Assembly (NCBI RefSeq): GCF_001194135.2
Contig: NC_069003.1
Span: forward strand, 16,922,255 to 16,980,520
DNA: 58,266 nt
Direction: 5' to 3'
Source: Octopus bimaculoides
Taxonomy: Eukaryota
Shown here: one piece after another, positions 12,601-24,420 of the stretch
Layout: each line of letters begins with the position of its first letter
How positions within the stretch are numbered: position 1 is the first letter of the stretch
Made by a program: the position numbers and the translations under genes
The notes under the pieces: generated by a model
What the model was told of the DNA's origin: nothing
Databases searched by the model: none
The model's input: the letters and a program-made list of their open reading frames with translations, nothing else

Positions 12601-13600
12601 TCTTATACATTAAGTTCTGGTATGAAATTGGCTGGTAGGTTTTTGCCATGTGAGTGGTTCTGCATTTGGGTATTAATTTTGTCTCTGCCAGAGCTAACCA
12701 GTGTGGTATGCTACTGTTCCCATTGAGAGCTTACTGGTACAGATTGATAAAATATGGTTGGTAGAAGGTTAGCTTCTACAATCAAATCTCTTCCAGGTGC
12801 TTTTCCATCCTGGAGTTTCTGGATCACAGTTGCAAGGGTATCACTATTAATGCTGTGTGTATTGAGTGTAATGCAGGAGCAATAACTTTTTTTGATTTCT
12901 TCCAGCCGCAGAGCAACATGGTGAAGCTCCTTCTCTTCACTCCAGATTTTCCTCCAGAAGGAGTCTATGTCTTCTTGTGAAGGAGCTTCTGTGATGTTCA
13001 CTGCTTCTCCTCTCATGTCTCTATATACTGCTGCCTGGTTCTGGTTAAATTTTTTATTTAGTGTTTTTCTCTTGGTTAGTCTCTTCTGATGTCAGAGTTT
13101 CTCACTGACAGCTTTTAGCTCCTGCTTGAGGGTAATCAGTTTGCAAGTGAGTGTCCACTTTTTGCTGTCTCCAGACATCATTTCTATCTCCTTCTTTACT
13201 TTCTGTTGGTGCAATCTATAGTGATTTGATTGTTTGCATGCAATAAGCATCATCACATGGCTGATGGTCTTCCGTAAACCAGTTATCTTTTTCTCTGTCT
13301 TTGAAACCCATGGTGGTACTTTCTTTGTTGTTTCAGTTTTGTTCACTTTTAGAATGTCATTCATGTACTGTTTTGCAGTAGTAATAGCCAGAGCATACAG
13401 ACAGGCATTAATCTGCCAGAAAGTGGGTTCATCACACTGCTGTAAATACTAATCACCACTTTCGTTAACAGCTTTTAATACTGTATCTGGTGGTTTTTTA
13501 CTTACTTTGGTAGAGAATACTCTCACCTTAACAGAGTACTTCAAAGTCAAAGTTTTTTTCCTCAGAAAATTTCAGTAAGGGCACATTTCACCGGTATATA
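9698..13600 (-). mobile_element. R4/Dong-clade non-LTR retrotransposon (RT + restriction-like endonuclease), decayed, near full length
   Basis: YQPISYQNLMYKI, EQAAGKKG, FFVDDLKLYAK, CCHC region ...RHDVVAR, REL motif RPNIMIWD..VVEISCP. ORF ends ...KICKTFQRFII* at ~10590; the 3' UTR appears to continue left of a nested mariner to aataaaactgaataat. Confidence 0.8.
9823..10506 (-). mobile_element. Internally deleted mariner transposon nested in the R4/Dong 3' UTR
   Basis: TIRs ttgggtcatcccataaataatg / cattatttatgggatgacccaa with TA TSD. Transposase remnant Q*VPHK...FLDQIVTGDEKWVLY. Confidence 0.9.
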
Positions 13601-13734
13601 ATCCTGACTACCACTACTACTACAGTAATCATTGCGGTATGTATGTATGTGTCTATGCATGCATGTGTGTGTGTGTGCATGTATATATGTATGACTGACT
13701 AATGTATATATTATATACATACATGTGTGCGTGT

Positions 13735-13945
13735 ATCTTTTATCTTTTACTTGTTTCAGTCATCTTTGACTGTAGTCATGCTGGGGCACCACCTTGAAAG
13801 ATCCCAGTCAAACAATTTATTATTTAAAGCCTGGTAATTATTCTATCAGTCTCTTTTGCTGAACCACTAGGTTACAGGGACGTAAACACACAAACACTGG
13901 CTTCTCGAATGGTGGTGGAGGATAAACACAGACACAAGGACACAC
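13735..13945 (-). mobile_element. SINE family A 3' half
   Basis: Same tail and body as the 5880-6243 copy (cttgtttcagtc..., gtaaacacac). Confidence 0.7.
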
Positions 13946-13947
13946 AA

Positions 13948-14400
13948 GAAGTTGCTTATTGAGCTGTGTACATAGAGATGATGTTGACGATATTAAGAAG
14001 ATGATGGTGGTGATGAAGACGGAGGTTGCCTTAATGCTGTTGGATGGGTGTTGTTGTCACTGGAACTGGCTGTGTCTTGTATGTGGTCAGTGGCTAGACC
14101 TTAACAGGTCTGGAACCAAAAATGTCAAGATGAGGAGTAGCTGGGTTTTTATAAGGAGCTGTAGGCTCAAAGCTAGGTTGAGAACAGGCTGTCTCATGTG
14201 ATTTTATTTAGGGTTCCAATTGGTTATACGCTGCAGATCAGTGCGACAGAATAAGAGACAAATTGTGCCAATACTAACCAATCATAGTGGTGGACAAAAC
14301 AGGGTTCAAATAGCAGCCAAAGGCTAGCTGTTACCTGCTATGTTCGAATGCACGTATATAATAAAGGGGAGAGAGGAATTTCACTTGAGTGTATGCTACA
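13948..14400 (-). mobile_element. Partial LTR (copy 1)
   Basis: ~450-bp diverged copy of 15090-15549; the minus-strand start is TGTAGCATAC. Confidence 0.7.
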
Positions 14401-14459
14401 GTAGCCCCTTACCAATCATTTTGTGGGAGAGAAAATAGACAATAAAAGAAAGATATTTG

Positions 14460-15549
14460 TGTAGCGAAGAGGTGAAGTTAGAAAGAACAATTGGTCATTA
14501 AAGTAAAATGAAATCTGGCACTAAACTACAGAAAGGAATGCGTGTTCTAAGTTGGGTCACCAATTTGTAACAACTGTGTAATGCGAGGTGACAAGAATAG
14601 CTCTTTAATACATCACATGGTCGATACAATAAATATAAAAAGATATAATACAGATATCTGCAAGAGGGAAAAGAGAGACACAACTAAGTAGAATGTTTAA
14701 GAGAAAATTTATTGGTATGTTAACATGTGTGTCTGTGTGTGCATCATGTATACAGAATAATAAACAGGCTGTCATGAGAACAAAGTGTATGTGTGTTAAG
14801 TACATATAAGAAAAGCAATGCAGAAGACTGTGAAAGAGCCTATAATGAGAAGTTAGAAGATTGTTCCTAGACAGAAGAATGAGAATACCAGTTTGTAGTC
14901 AATTGGACATGGTAGTTGAAATACTGTATCAAGACATTGTGGCCAAGATGTGGAGCCAGTTGCAGTACATGTTGCATGTGAAACTGTGGCTGTAATGCTG
15001 CTGCCAGGATCACAGGTTGTATATTCGCTTGCGATTCATGGTGAAGTAATTCACGAACAGTGCAGTGTTGTAAACTGTGTGAGTTGTTTATTGTTTATTG
15101 AGCTGTGTACATAGAGATGATGTTGACTACATTGAGAAGATGATGGTGGCAACGAAGACAGAGGTTGCTGTAATGTTGTTGGATGGGTGTTGTCATCTGA
15201 CATTGTCGCTGGAACTGGCTGTGTCTTGTATGTGGTCAGTGGCTAGACCTTAACAGGTCTGGAACCAAAGACGTCAAGATGAGGAGTAGCTGGGTTTTTA
15301 TAAGGAGTTGTAGGCTCAAAACGGTTGAGAACAGGCTGTCTCATGTGATTTTATTTAGAGCACCAATTGGTTATATGCTGCAGATTGGCTCTACAGAATA
15401 AGAGACAAATTATGCCAATACTAACCAATCATAGTAGTGGACACAACGGGGTCCAAATAGCCGCCAAAGGCTAGCTGTTACCTGCTACGTTCCAATGCTT
15501 GTATATATTTTAAAGGGGAGAGAGGAATTTCACTCAAGTGTATGCTACA
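14460..15549 (-). mobile_element. Solo-LTR-like element (copy 2), ~1090 bp
   Basis: TGTAGC...GCTACA terminal inverted repeat. No TSD is recognisable and there is no coding sequence. Confidence 0.6.
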
Positions 15550-17545
15550 AATCAATAAAAAGAGCGTAAAACAAAACAAAGTACAAATAAAAATTTGAAA
15601 TTGAAAATGCACAGAGGGAAAGATTTTTGGGAGAAAATTCAAGGAATAAATTTACGCTTCTTAGTGCACCGTGAATGTTAAGCAACAGTAGTATCTCATT
15701 TTAAACACCAGCAATACCTGCCATCATCACAGCATCCCAACGACCTTGGTATCGAGTTTCCATCTCCTTGGTGTCCTGATGGAGTCGTTCACCTTGTTCA
15801 TCATTGACATCTCCGAGATTTTCAGGAAAACTATCAAGATGACTAAAAGATAATGCATTTTGATGCTCATATTTGTGCCAATATCATGAAAAGTTGATAT
15901 CAAGTTGGTAACAAGGTCTTAATAGTTTTCACTTTTGTGTTTTCCAAGGAAATTTTGCACTATTTCTGCAAAGGTTAACCAAACTGATGCTTCATTTTTG
16001 CACATTTTCATGAAATTTGTGTCCTTCAAGAGCTTACGGGTCTGTGGTCCATCAAAAATCCCTGCTTTAAGTTTTTCAATCATCAAGTCTAGAAATATAC
16101 TTAAAGTACTTCCCATTTTTGTCAAGAGCTTTGACGAATTGCTTGATCAATCTGAGTTTGATGTGCAAAGTGGGGTAGAGAAATGATCTTATCTCACTCA
16201 GCTAAAGGTTCTTCCAATATATTGGCAGCTCTACATGGAGCTATATTTGTTCAAGGCAGCCAGTCCCTCTTAACACTGGTTTACTTGATCTCTACTGTAC
16301 GACAGGCAAAGAAAGCATGGGTATTTGGTATAACCAGATTGCTATCCCATCAAAAAATTCACCATCTTTAAGTCAATGCAGATGACCCATTTATGATCAT
16401 GATACAGTATCTTTAAAACCAACTTAATTTCTTCATCGTTGTTGAGTGGAACAGAGCCACACACATTTCTGTTGTGCAACAATACACATTTTAAACTATG
16501 CTTAGAGCTGTCTATGAAAAGATGCCATTCCTCTGGTTTGTATTCCTCAATGCCAAGTTTATTAAGAAGCCTACTGACATCTCTGCAGTAAACCAGCACT
16601 TCCTCTTTTGCGAAGAAAGAAAGGAACTCTTCATGTTGACTCCAATAAAAGGTTATACAGACACCATTCTCTAGAAGATTCTTCCCTTTTAGCTGGGAAG
16701 CCAACAGTTCTGCAGAATTTTTTGGGAAGTTCAAGTCACAAACTAGATCATTCAGCTCTACCTGGGAGAATAGCTGAGATAAAGTCTCAACTCAAAAGTC
16801 TTGATCTCTAGTGTCATCTTTAGGTGGTGAATCTTCTTTGGTTGAGGGTAAAATTATCTGAGGCAAGACATTGAAGACAGGAACAGGAAGCTCTTCACTG
16901 TGTGGAACCGGTCTAACAGTAGAAGCAAGATTAGGATAGACAAGCACTTGTTGATTTTTTTCCAGTTAATACCCTTCAAATTTAGGTTACAAAAATAGCA
17001 GTCATCCATGTGATTATATGGCTCCTGCCATACCATTGGTATAGCAAACCTCATACTTTTCCTTGTCTCTTTAGTCCATTGTCACAAATGTTCTGTACAT
17101 GGTTTTCAGACACTATGCAGTGCCCAATATTTATCTTGGTCTCCCAGCTTGACCCCAAAATATGCTATATACGCTCTTTCAACAAAATCAGTGATGTTTT
17201 TTCGATTTTCAGTTAATGTGTATTCTCCACAAAGATAAAACACATTTGGAGAATTAACACAACACTTTCTTGAAGAAGGCATCTTGCTCATTTTCTATTG
17301 CTTAATTCACTACAGCATCTAAAAAGTATAGAAAAAGAAAACAAAACTTAGAATTAGAATAAGGTAACGAATACTGCGTAATGGACGTACACACACACAT
17401 AGTGACTACAGGGATGTTAAATAACTTAAAAATTAGATCTGATAGGTTAAAAAGAAGGTTATATTTAGATTCAGGAGACTGATTTTGTATAAGAATAGTG
17501 TTGTCAATCCACTTAAAAAAGTAAAAACAAAACTATTTTTAATAC
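15550..17545 (-). mobile_element. Decayed DNA transposon, CMC/Chapaev3-like transposase
   Basis: Fragments KCCVNSPNVFYLCGEY...YFGVKLGDQDK, IPMVWQEPYNHMDDCYFC, LFIDSSKHSLKCVLLH, KLKAGIFDGPQ, FLGKHKSENY. The family label is from motif recall and the termini are not resolved. Confidence 0.65.
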
Positions 17546-18397
17546 ACCAAATGCAAATTAATCAACTTCAAAATCAGGGCCTGTTTACTGCATGATATTG
17601 CGGAGCATTCCTGGATATCTAGAAATTCCAGATTCCTGGAAGCCAGATAAGTATAAAAATCCTGGTACTCTCAAAAATTTTCAGTTGACTTGAAACTATG
17701 GGAAAATTTTTATGGACCCACAACCTGGCATGATCAAGAAAAGAACTTGTAAATCATATATCTATACCCATCCCCATCACATAAAATAAATGACAACATC
17801 AATATTTGTGCAAGTTCTTGTATGTGTGGCCTCCAGCACCTTTCCCCCAAAACTTCTCTGCCGTCATACAAAGTGTGGTCAGACACCTTATCTTTGTATG
17901 TAGCGTATGCTCCATAAAATAGGTTATCAGTTATTTGTTGATACAAACTGTTCAACATTTCAAGCAAGAGGTCTATTACCCATTTTTGATAATAATTTAC
18001 CAGGAGACAATCTGACTCACCTAGATATCACCTTTCACAAAGAATACTTAGTTCATAGCATGTCTTATCACTGAGAACAAAGACAAAGATGACAACAACA
18101 ATGATATCAACAATATGGGAGGAGAAGGCCTTGATGTCATCGGTCCACTTACTAGAATAGTCAAATCTCCTTCAAATTATAAAACCCTATTGTGTTAAGA
18201 AAAGGACACCTTGGAAAATTTGAGTTTCTTAGAGGAGGAGATCCCTGCTAGCAGGTTATAAATCATTTTATTCCAGGTAGCATAAAAATAATAAATTTTA
18301 AAATTTCATTTCTATTTTATTGACTATTGCAGTCTGCAGAGTGTTTTTGCATTATATATGTAATATATATATATATACATAATGTAATGTATATGTA

Positions 18398-18612
18398 AAG
18401 GTGGTGAGCTGGCAGAATCTTTAGCATGCCGGGTGAAATGCTTTAGCAGTATTTTGTCTGTTGCAATGTTCTGAGTTCAAATATCGCTGTGGTTGACTTA
18501 GCCTTTCATCCTTTCGGGGTCAATTAAATACCAGAGAAACACTGGGGTTGATGCAATCGACTAGTCCCCTCCCCACAAATTTCAAGCCTTGTGTCTATAG
18601 AAGAAAGGATTA
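18398..18612 (+). mobile_element. tRNA-derived SINE (family B)
   Basis: ggtggtgagctggcagaa...gttctgagttcaaat...gcctttcatcctttcgggg. Related copies at ~24600-24830 (+) and ~38880-39055 (-). Confidence 0.75.
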
Positions 18613-19017
18613 TATATGTAATATATATGGCTTTTGCATTTGGTTTGTAAGATTCTTGATGTGAAAATCATGTGTTGAAATAAATAAATGACCAAAAACA
18701 AAAAAGACAAAGGAATGACCCCTTAAAGAGGACATAGACGGTTAGTGCACACACATCCACAAACACACATACAAGCAGTCACATGAATGCACACACATAC
18801 ACAGCCCCTTCATTTAGTCCCATCTTAACCTCCTCTTCTAAACAAACATGTCTATACATACAAACATCCATACACACACACCATAAGACCAATTCTCAGA
18901 ATTCTGAGACATATGAAAGCAGGCCTTGGAGGGAGTCATGGGTCACTGAAAAGGTTGCAAACAACGACGAAAGAACTTTGATGGACAAACAAACCACCAA
19001 TCAAGTTCCAACACATT

Positions 19018-19919
19018 TGTAGTGAAACCTCTCTTGGCCATTCAATCACAAATGATAACGTAGCTGCTAACATCTAGCCTTCGGCTGCCTTGGACCTTTC
19101 TGTCCACCATCCTGATTGGTTCTTATTTTTTGCGCGGCAATTGTCCCCATATTCTGCTTGCTAAGGGGGCATTACATCCAATCGTGACTTTGGGATAAAG
19201 TCACGTGAGATAGAGTTTTTCTGGGTTTCCAGTGAGCCCTTTTTTGCCTATAAGCAAGCCTGATCCAACGACGGCAGTCGTCTTCGATTTCAGATCTCTC
19301 ACAGGTCTGGTCGTTGACCACTCATACAGAACACAGCTACAGCCAGTTCCTGCGCCAACGTCTTCACCACCAATGCACTGTCTACCATTGTCGTCGCCAG
19401 CAACACCAACATCAACAAGCTCGGTTTTATCTTCACTGTTTGAGTGGAGTTTCCACTCACGATCAACAGTCAGAACTAACCAGCGAGAATATTCTGTACC
19501 AGGTAACACAGGTCGCAGCATTCGACACTCAATACACATAGTGTGATACTACAGCTCTGCTCCTTGACCACAACTTCCTGCGTATGAACATGCTAAATCT
19601 TGAGTAACTTTAATACGAACTGGTTTTTCTCTATAGACACTCTTTCTATGTTCTGTGTTACTCTCACACTTGTACACTCACATATTGTATACACACTATT
19701 GCTTATATGACTGTCCGTCACTTCACATTGTTGTATACCTTCTCTTGTACACAAAGGCCTGATTTATCTACTGTCTTAATTTTATATGTCGCATGCACAG
19801 ACAAACAGTTTCACTTTGTAAATAAATGTATTCTCATTATATATCTAACGGTTGAGTTTGTCCTAAGTTCTTTACTGGCACTATGGCTCATATCTTATTT
19901 TGTGTTCGACTGTGTGACA
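19018..19919 (+). mobile_element. Solo-LTR-like element with rearranged 3' end
   Basis: Starts TGTAGTG and ends ...GTGACA. Short internal segments resemble the reverse complement of the 14-15 kb LTRs; non-coding. Confidence 0.5.
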
Positions 19920-20528
19920 TGGTAAAAAGGAGCCTTTTCCCATCTCCTTTGGTTCCCACAGTCGAACACAAAATAAGATATATATATATAAGACAGAAGG
20001 CTCGTCGTAAGAGATACGAGCCATAGTGCCAGTAAAGAACTTAGGACAAACTCAACCGTTAGATATATAATGCGTGTGTGTTGTTATTATTAATGTAATA
20101 ACACAACAAAATTACATTATATATTATACATTTTATTGAGTTTATTTTGTGCACCATGCACATAATAGAAAAACTGTCTTTCATGAAACCAGTTTGGGTT
20201 GAAAAATAGTTGGGGACCACTGATTTAGACAATATACATGTAACTGCTGTTACAGTGGCTCACAGTAACACCCTTCAATGTATCAGTGTTGTGACAATTC
20301 TAGCCAACTGCTATGAGGAAAGAAGCATCATTTACGTGGTTACATACCCTACTAGAAATAAGAACTAAGTCTCTCTCAAATCCTAAAATCCTACTATATT
20401 AAAGTGCACGCTTTTAGTTAAATATCTGTAGAGAGAAAGAAATAGATTATAGGGAGAACTAGTTAGCAAACTAGAAGAGGTTATTAGTAATGGCATTTTA
20501 GTAGAGTGTAGGTTATCGCAGCTCAGCG

Positions 20529-20561
20529 GGCTGCGTGTTCGAATCACGTCGGGGGTCACCA
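20529..20561 (-). promoter_or_regulatory. Primer-binding site complementary to tRNA-Trp 3' end (extended)
   Basis: The plus strand reads ggctgcgtgttcgaatcacgtcgggggtcacca, matching the recalled tRNA-Trp(CCA) 3' end including CCA, with one extra G. Confidence 0.75.
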
Positions 20562-20562
20562 G

Positions 20563-20939
20563 TATAGTTGAAAGTGGGTTATACATCTTTAGATGTATAC
20601 CTGACTTTCCTACTATAAACTTAGAATATAACGGAACGCTGAACTCCAGACTATCAACTTAAGCAACATTTATTCAGGTGGTAAATATATACATCTTTAG
20701 TTCTTGTTGTTACAGCTTCTGTTGTTGGGACGTTGTTATGTAGGTGTGAGCGAGCTGTCGAGCGTAAGTCCGAAAGATGTAGAGAGACCGCCTAACACGT
20801 AAAGAGGCTGTCTCCAGAGTTCGAATGTTAGAGACACTCTTGACACGTCCATTGCTCTATGCTGGCCAGCAAGAAAGAGAATGAATTGAGCGGGAACGCT
20901 TGGTTGTTTAATTCTACGCATGCGCACGGCGTTACTACA
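20563..20939 (-). mobile_element. LTR (377 bp) of a Gypsy-like element, followed by PBS
   Basis: Minus strand TGTAGT...ACTATA (one transition from ACTACA), internal AATAAA, then a 1-nt spacer and TGGTGACCCCCGACGTGA. Confidence 0.75.
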
Positions 20940-20949
20940 GCATCATGAC

Positions 20950-22716
20950 CAACATGTTAGCAGTGAGAATGTCTCTTGACCATTTCTTTGGGGCAAAACA
21001 CAAAGGATGCGTTGTCAGAGGTAAAGCATGGGGGAACTAAAGCCATCTACTGGAGACAATGTGGCAACAGAACCATGATTGGGTCTTTGATGGATTAGAA
21101 TGGGCATATACTACTTAGTTCTGAGATGTGTGTGGTTTTCCAGCAGCACATTGTGCAACTGTTTGGGAAGGGTCAACAAAATGTTGTTGAACAGCCCGGT
21201 GTAGCACTTGGCAGAGGATGCGAGGTTCTGTGAAAAGCTGATAACGACCAGTGAAATATGGGAGGCAATGAGCGATTGCACAAGTCACAAATAGCTCACT
21301 TTAGATGGTTTGCCCTATGAATTCTATATATTCATGCTAGATTCGTTTGGCAGCCTCTTGACAGATGTCTACCGCAACAGACAGCAAGATGGGAGAATTC
21401 CTAGTGCTATTAGCTGGGGTCCGGTGACACTGCTGAGGAAGGATGTCAACAGTGGAGATGTGCTAGGGAGTTTTCAGCCCATACCTCTGCTAAACACAGA
21501 GTTTAAGATTTTGGCCGAAGTGTTAGCAAAAACGTTGGCACTTGATGTTGGTAACCTGGTCAGAGAAGTGCAAATGTGCGAGTACTAAAACAACCTCCAC
21601 CTTATGCTGAGGGCTGTGACTAAAGCTGGCTTCGATGGGGCCCTGATCAATTTGGATCAGTCGAAAGCTCTCAATAGGGTCGACCTTCGCTACTTGGAAG
21701 CTATCCTAAGAGTGACCAGTTATGGACCTGTTTTCAGAGGTGGGATTGTTGCAATGCACAGTAGTAACTACTCAGTGGTCAAAGTAAACAGCTAGCTATC
21801 GGAACCATTTAGCATCACACATGCAATCCACCAGGGCTACCCGTTGTCACCTCTTCTGCACATGCAAGCTCTCAAGTCACTGCTGTGGAAGTTGGAACAG
21901 TTCAGGGGTGTCCCATTTAACTGGAACACAGGAGGATAGTATCAGCATACACAGACAATGTCACCATCATGGTGTCAGATGGCTCCATTGTAAAAGAATA
22001 TAAGTGGGTTGCAGGGACCAAAATCAATGCCGACAAGTCAATGGGCTTGTGACAGAGCATCTGGAGAGACAGATTGATGCCATTGGACAGTGTCATCAGA
22101 TGCTGGACTGATGGACCGGTTAAACTGCTCAGGGTCTGGTTTGGTCCTAACCTCCAGGTGGATAAGAACTGGAATAAGTGATGAACAGAGTGGTCAAACT
22201 TACCCAGAAATGGGTAGAGAGGAAGCTGTCCTTGGAAGGTTGGGCATCATCATTTATTGTCTGACCGTCATGCCTTACCCCAGTTACTTTTGAACAAGGA
22301 CAGAGACATTCCTTTATGGTAGAGCCTTCATCAATTTTTTCAAGTTGTCCTTGAGCGAATTTATTGAAAGGTGGGAGAAAGTTGTGAAAATGGCAAGAGT
22401 GGATGGTGCCGCTCTAAGTGTAGATCTGTGAGTCAGAGGAAAGGAGTTGGAAAGGGCACTTGTCATTGGTATTCAGTGAGATCTTGGACAGTGAGGTTCC
22501 TAAAGGTCCTCCTGTATCAGGACCCCATTACTATCATCTTTATTTCTTTCTCTTACTGTCATATACTATATGTACTTCCCTTCTTTTAATGTATGCCATG
22601 TATACTTTTCTTTTTTTCTCTTCTCTTTTTTTTATCATTCCATTGTAAACCCTGACACTTTATCTTTGTATTGTCCCGCTCATCCTTCGCCTTGGTGGCA
22701 AAAGAAAAAAAAAAAG
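20950..22716 (+). mobile_element. L1/Tx1-clade LINE 3' fragment, decayed
   Basis: FQPIPLLNTEFKILAEVLA and GALINLDQSKALNRVD RT motifs; A-rich tail at ~22700-22716. Confidence 0.8.
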
Positions 22717-22750
22717 AAATCATCACCATCATCATTATTATTATATAAGG

Positions 22751-24420
22751 CAGGGGTTTTCAAACTGTGGTCCGTGGACAGCAAATAGTTTTTATGGACA
22801 ATTTGATTTTATATGTTTTTTAATCGAAATCTTTTTTCTTATATTTTGTAAGCGCATGAAATAACAGGTAAATAATTTTGTAATATATCCTAAAAGTCCC
22901 ATCGATTAAAACAATTAAGTTATCACTTGAGCATTGATCGCGTGTCAGGAATTCCATTCACATTAATTATGGTTCGTGACATAAGAAAAGTGGGAATTTA
23001 TATTTTTTTGTGTTAAAGTATTTGCTGAGTTAAGACTGTTTAGTCAGATCCAAAGAAGCACACAGGTACTGTCACGTAATTGTTAAATACATTTTGTTAA
23101 TTTACACATCCAGTGAAGTTCAAATTATAAATTTTCAGTGTCTGAATATCTGATTTTTATTTATTAATGTTCATAAATGGCATAAGACCTACATTATTGC
23201 CCATTATACATCAACGTTATTTATATGAAAATTATTTTACACATGCAAGAGCTTCACGTTCAAATTTTCAGGGTGCAAGCGTTACCCATGGATAAATTTT
23301 GGAAACGGAAAGCTCATGATGAAATCAACTCAGAATCTGATACAGAGACAGAAGAGATTGTTCAGAAAAATAAATTAAGAAAATACGACGTGGAGTATAT
23401 TTGATTTGGATTCATTGAAAGTGTGTCTAATGCTGACAGACCACAGTGTTTACTTTGTCATAAGCTGTTGTCGAATAACGCCTTGAAACCAGCTAAATTG
23501 CAGCGACATTTAACAACACTACATCCTCAATTTGCCACAAAACCAAAAGATTTTTTGAAAGAAAAAAAGGATGCATATTTAAAAGAGACAACAACTTTTA
23601 AAATGTCAATAACATCAAATTATAAACTACTACGGGCATCTTATTTAGTGGCACTGAGAGTGGCTCGTGCTAAGAAGGCCCATAATATTGCTGAAGGACT
23701 TGTGCAATAGACATGTGTGAGGCAGTTTTGGATGGAAAATGTGCTGCGAAATTGAAAGCTGTGCCACTGTCAGACAACACAATTGCTCGAAGAATAGAAG
23801 ATATGTCAAAAGATATAAAATCTCAGTTAATTGACAGTGAAAACAAGCTTTTTTGCATTACAACTTGAAAGCACAGATATTACCAGTGAATCTCAGCTTA
23901 TGGTGTATGTGCGATATTGTTGGGAAAGTGAAATGCTTGAAGATTTTCGATTTTGCTATCCTATGCCCACTAGAACAACTGGGGAGGAAGTTTTCAAAGT
24001 ATTGAANNNNNNNNNNCTAGAACAACTGGGGAGGAAGTTTTCAAAGTATTGAACTCTTTTCTTTTTCAATCAGGCTTGTTATGGAGCCAGTGTATTGGCA
24101 TATGTACAGATGGGGCGGCATCAATGATCAATATTCACTCTGGTGTTGTGGGATATATTAAGAAAGTAGCACCTAACATCACTGCAACACATTGCATGAT
24201 TCATCGAGAAGTTCTGGTTGCCAAAAAAATGAATGCTTCTTTGTCTGAAGTCTTGTCATGTTGTATTAAAGTGATAAATTTCATTAAAACAAGACCACTG
24301 TATAGTCGTTTCTTTGCAATACTCTGTGGTGAGATGGGGGCTGAACATTCAAGTCTGTTGCTTCATACAGAGGTAAGATGGCTTTCACGAGGTAAAACAA
24401 TTCAGCGTTTATTTGAGCTA
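22751..24420 (+). mobile_element. hAT Buster/Charlie transposon, 3'-truncated, pseudogenised
   Basis: 5' TIR caggggttttcaaactg. BED finger PQCLLCHKLLSNNALKPAKLQRHL; CTDGAASM, THCMIHRE and LHTEVRWLSRG motifs. Confidence 0.88.

Noticed and set aside
20150-20230. hAT-like right TIR ttggggaccactg|atttagac
   Set aside because: No matching left end or TSD was found, so it is not listed as an element.
20488-20561. Apparent tRNA gene ending in CCA
   Set aside because: The 5' half and acceptor stem do not match. Encoded CCA next to an LTR end identifies it as a PBS.
23970-24053. 37-bp direct duplication in the hAT transposase
   Set aside because: Identical copies flank a 10-N gap; this is a typical contig-overlap artefact.
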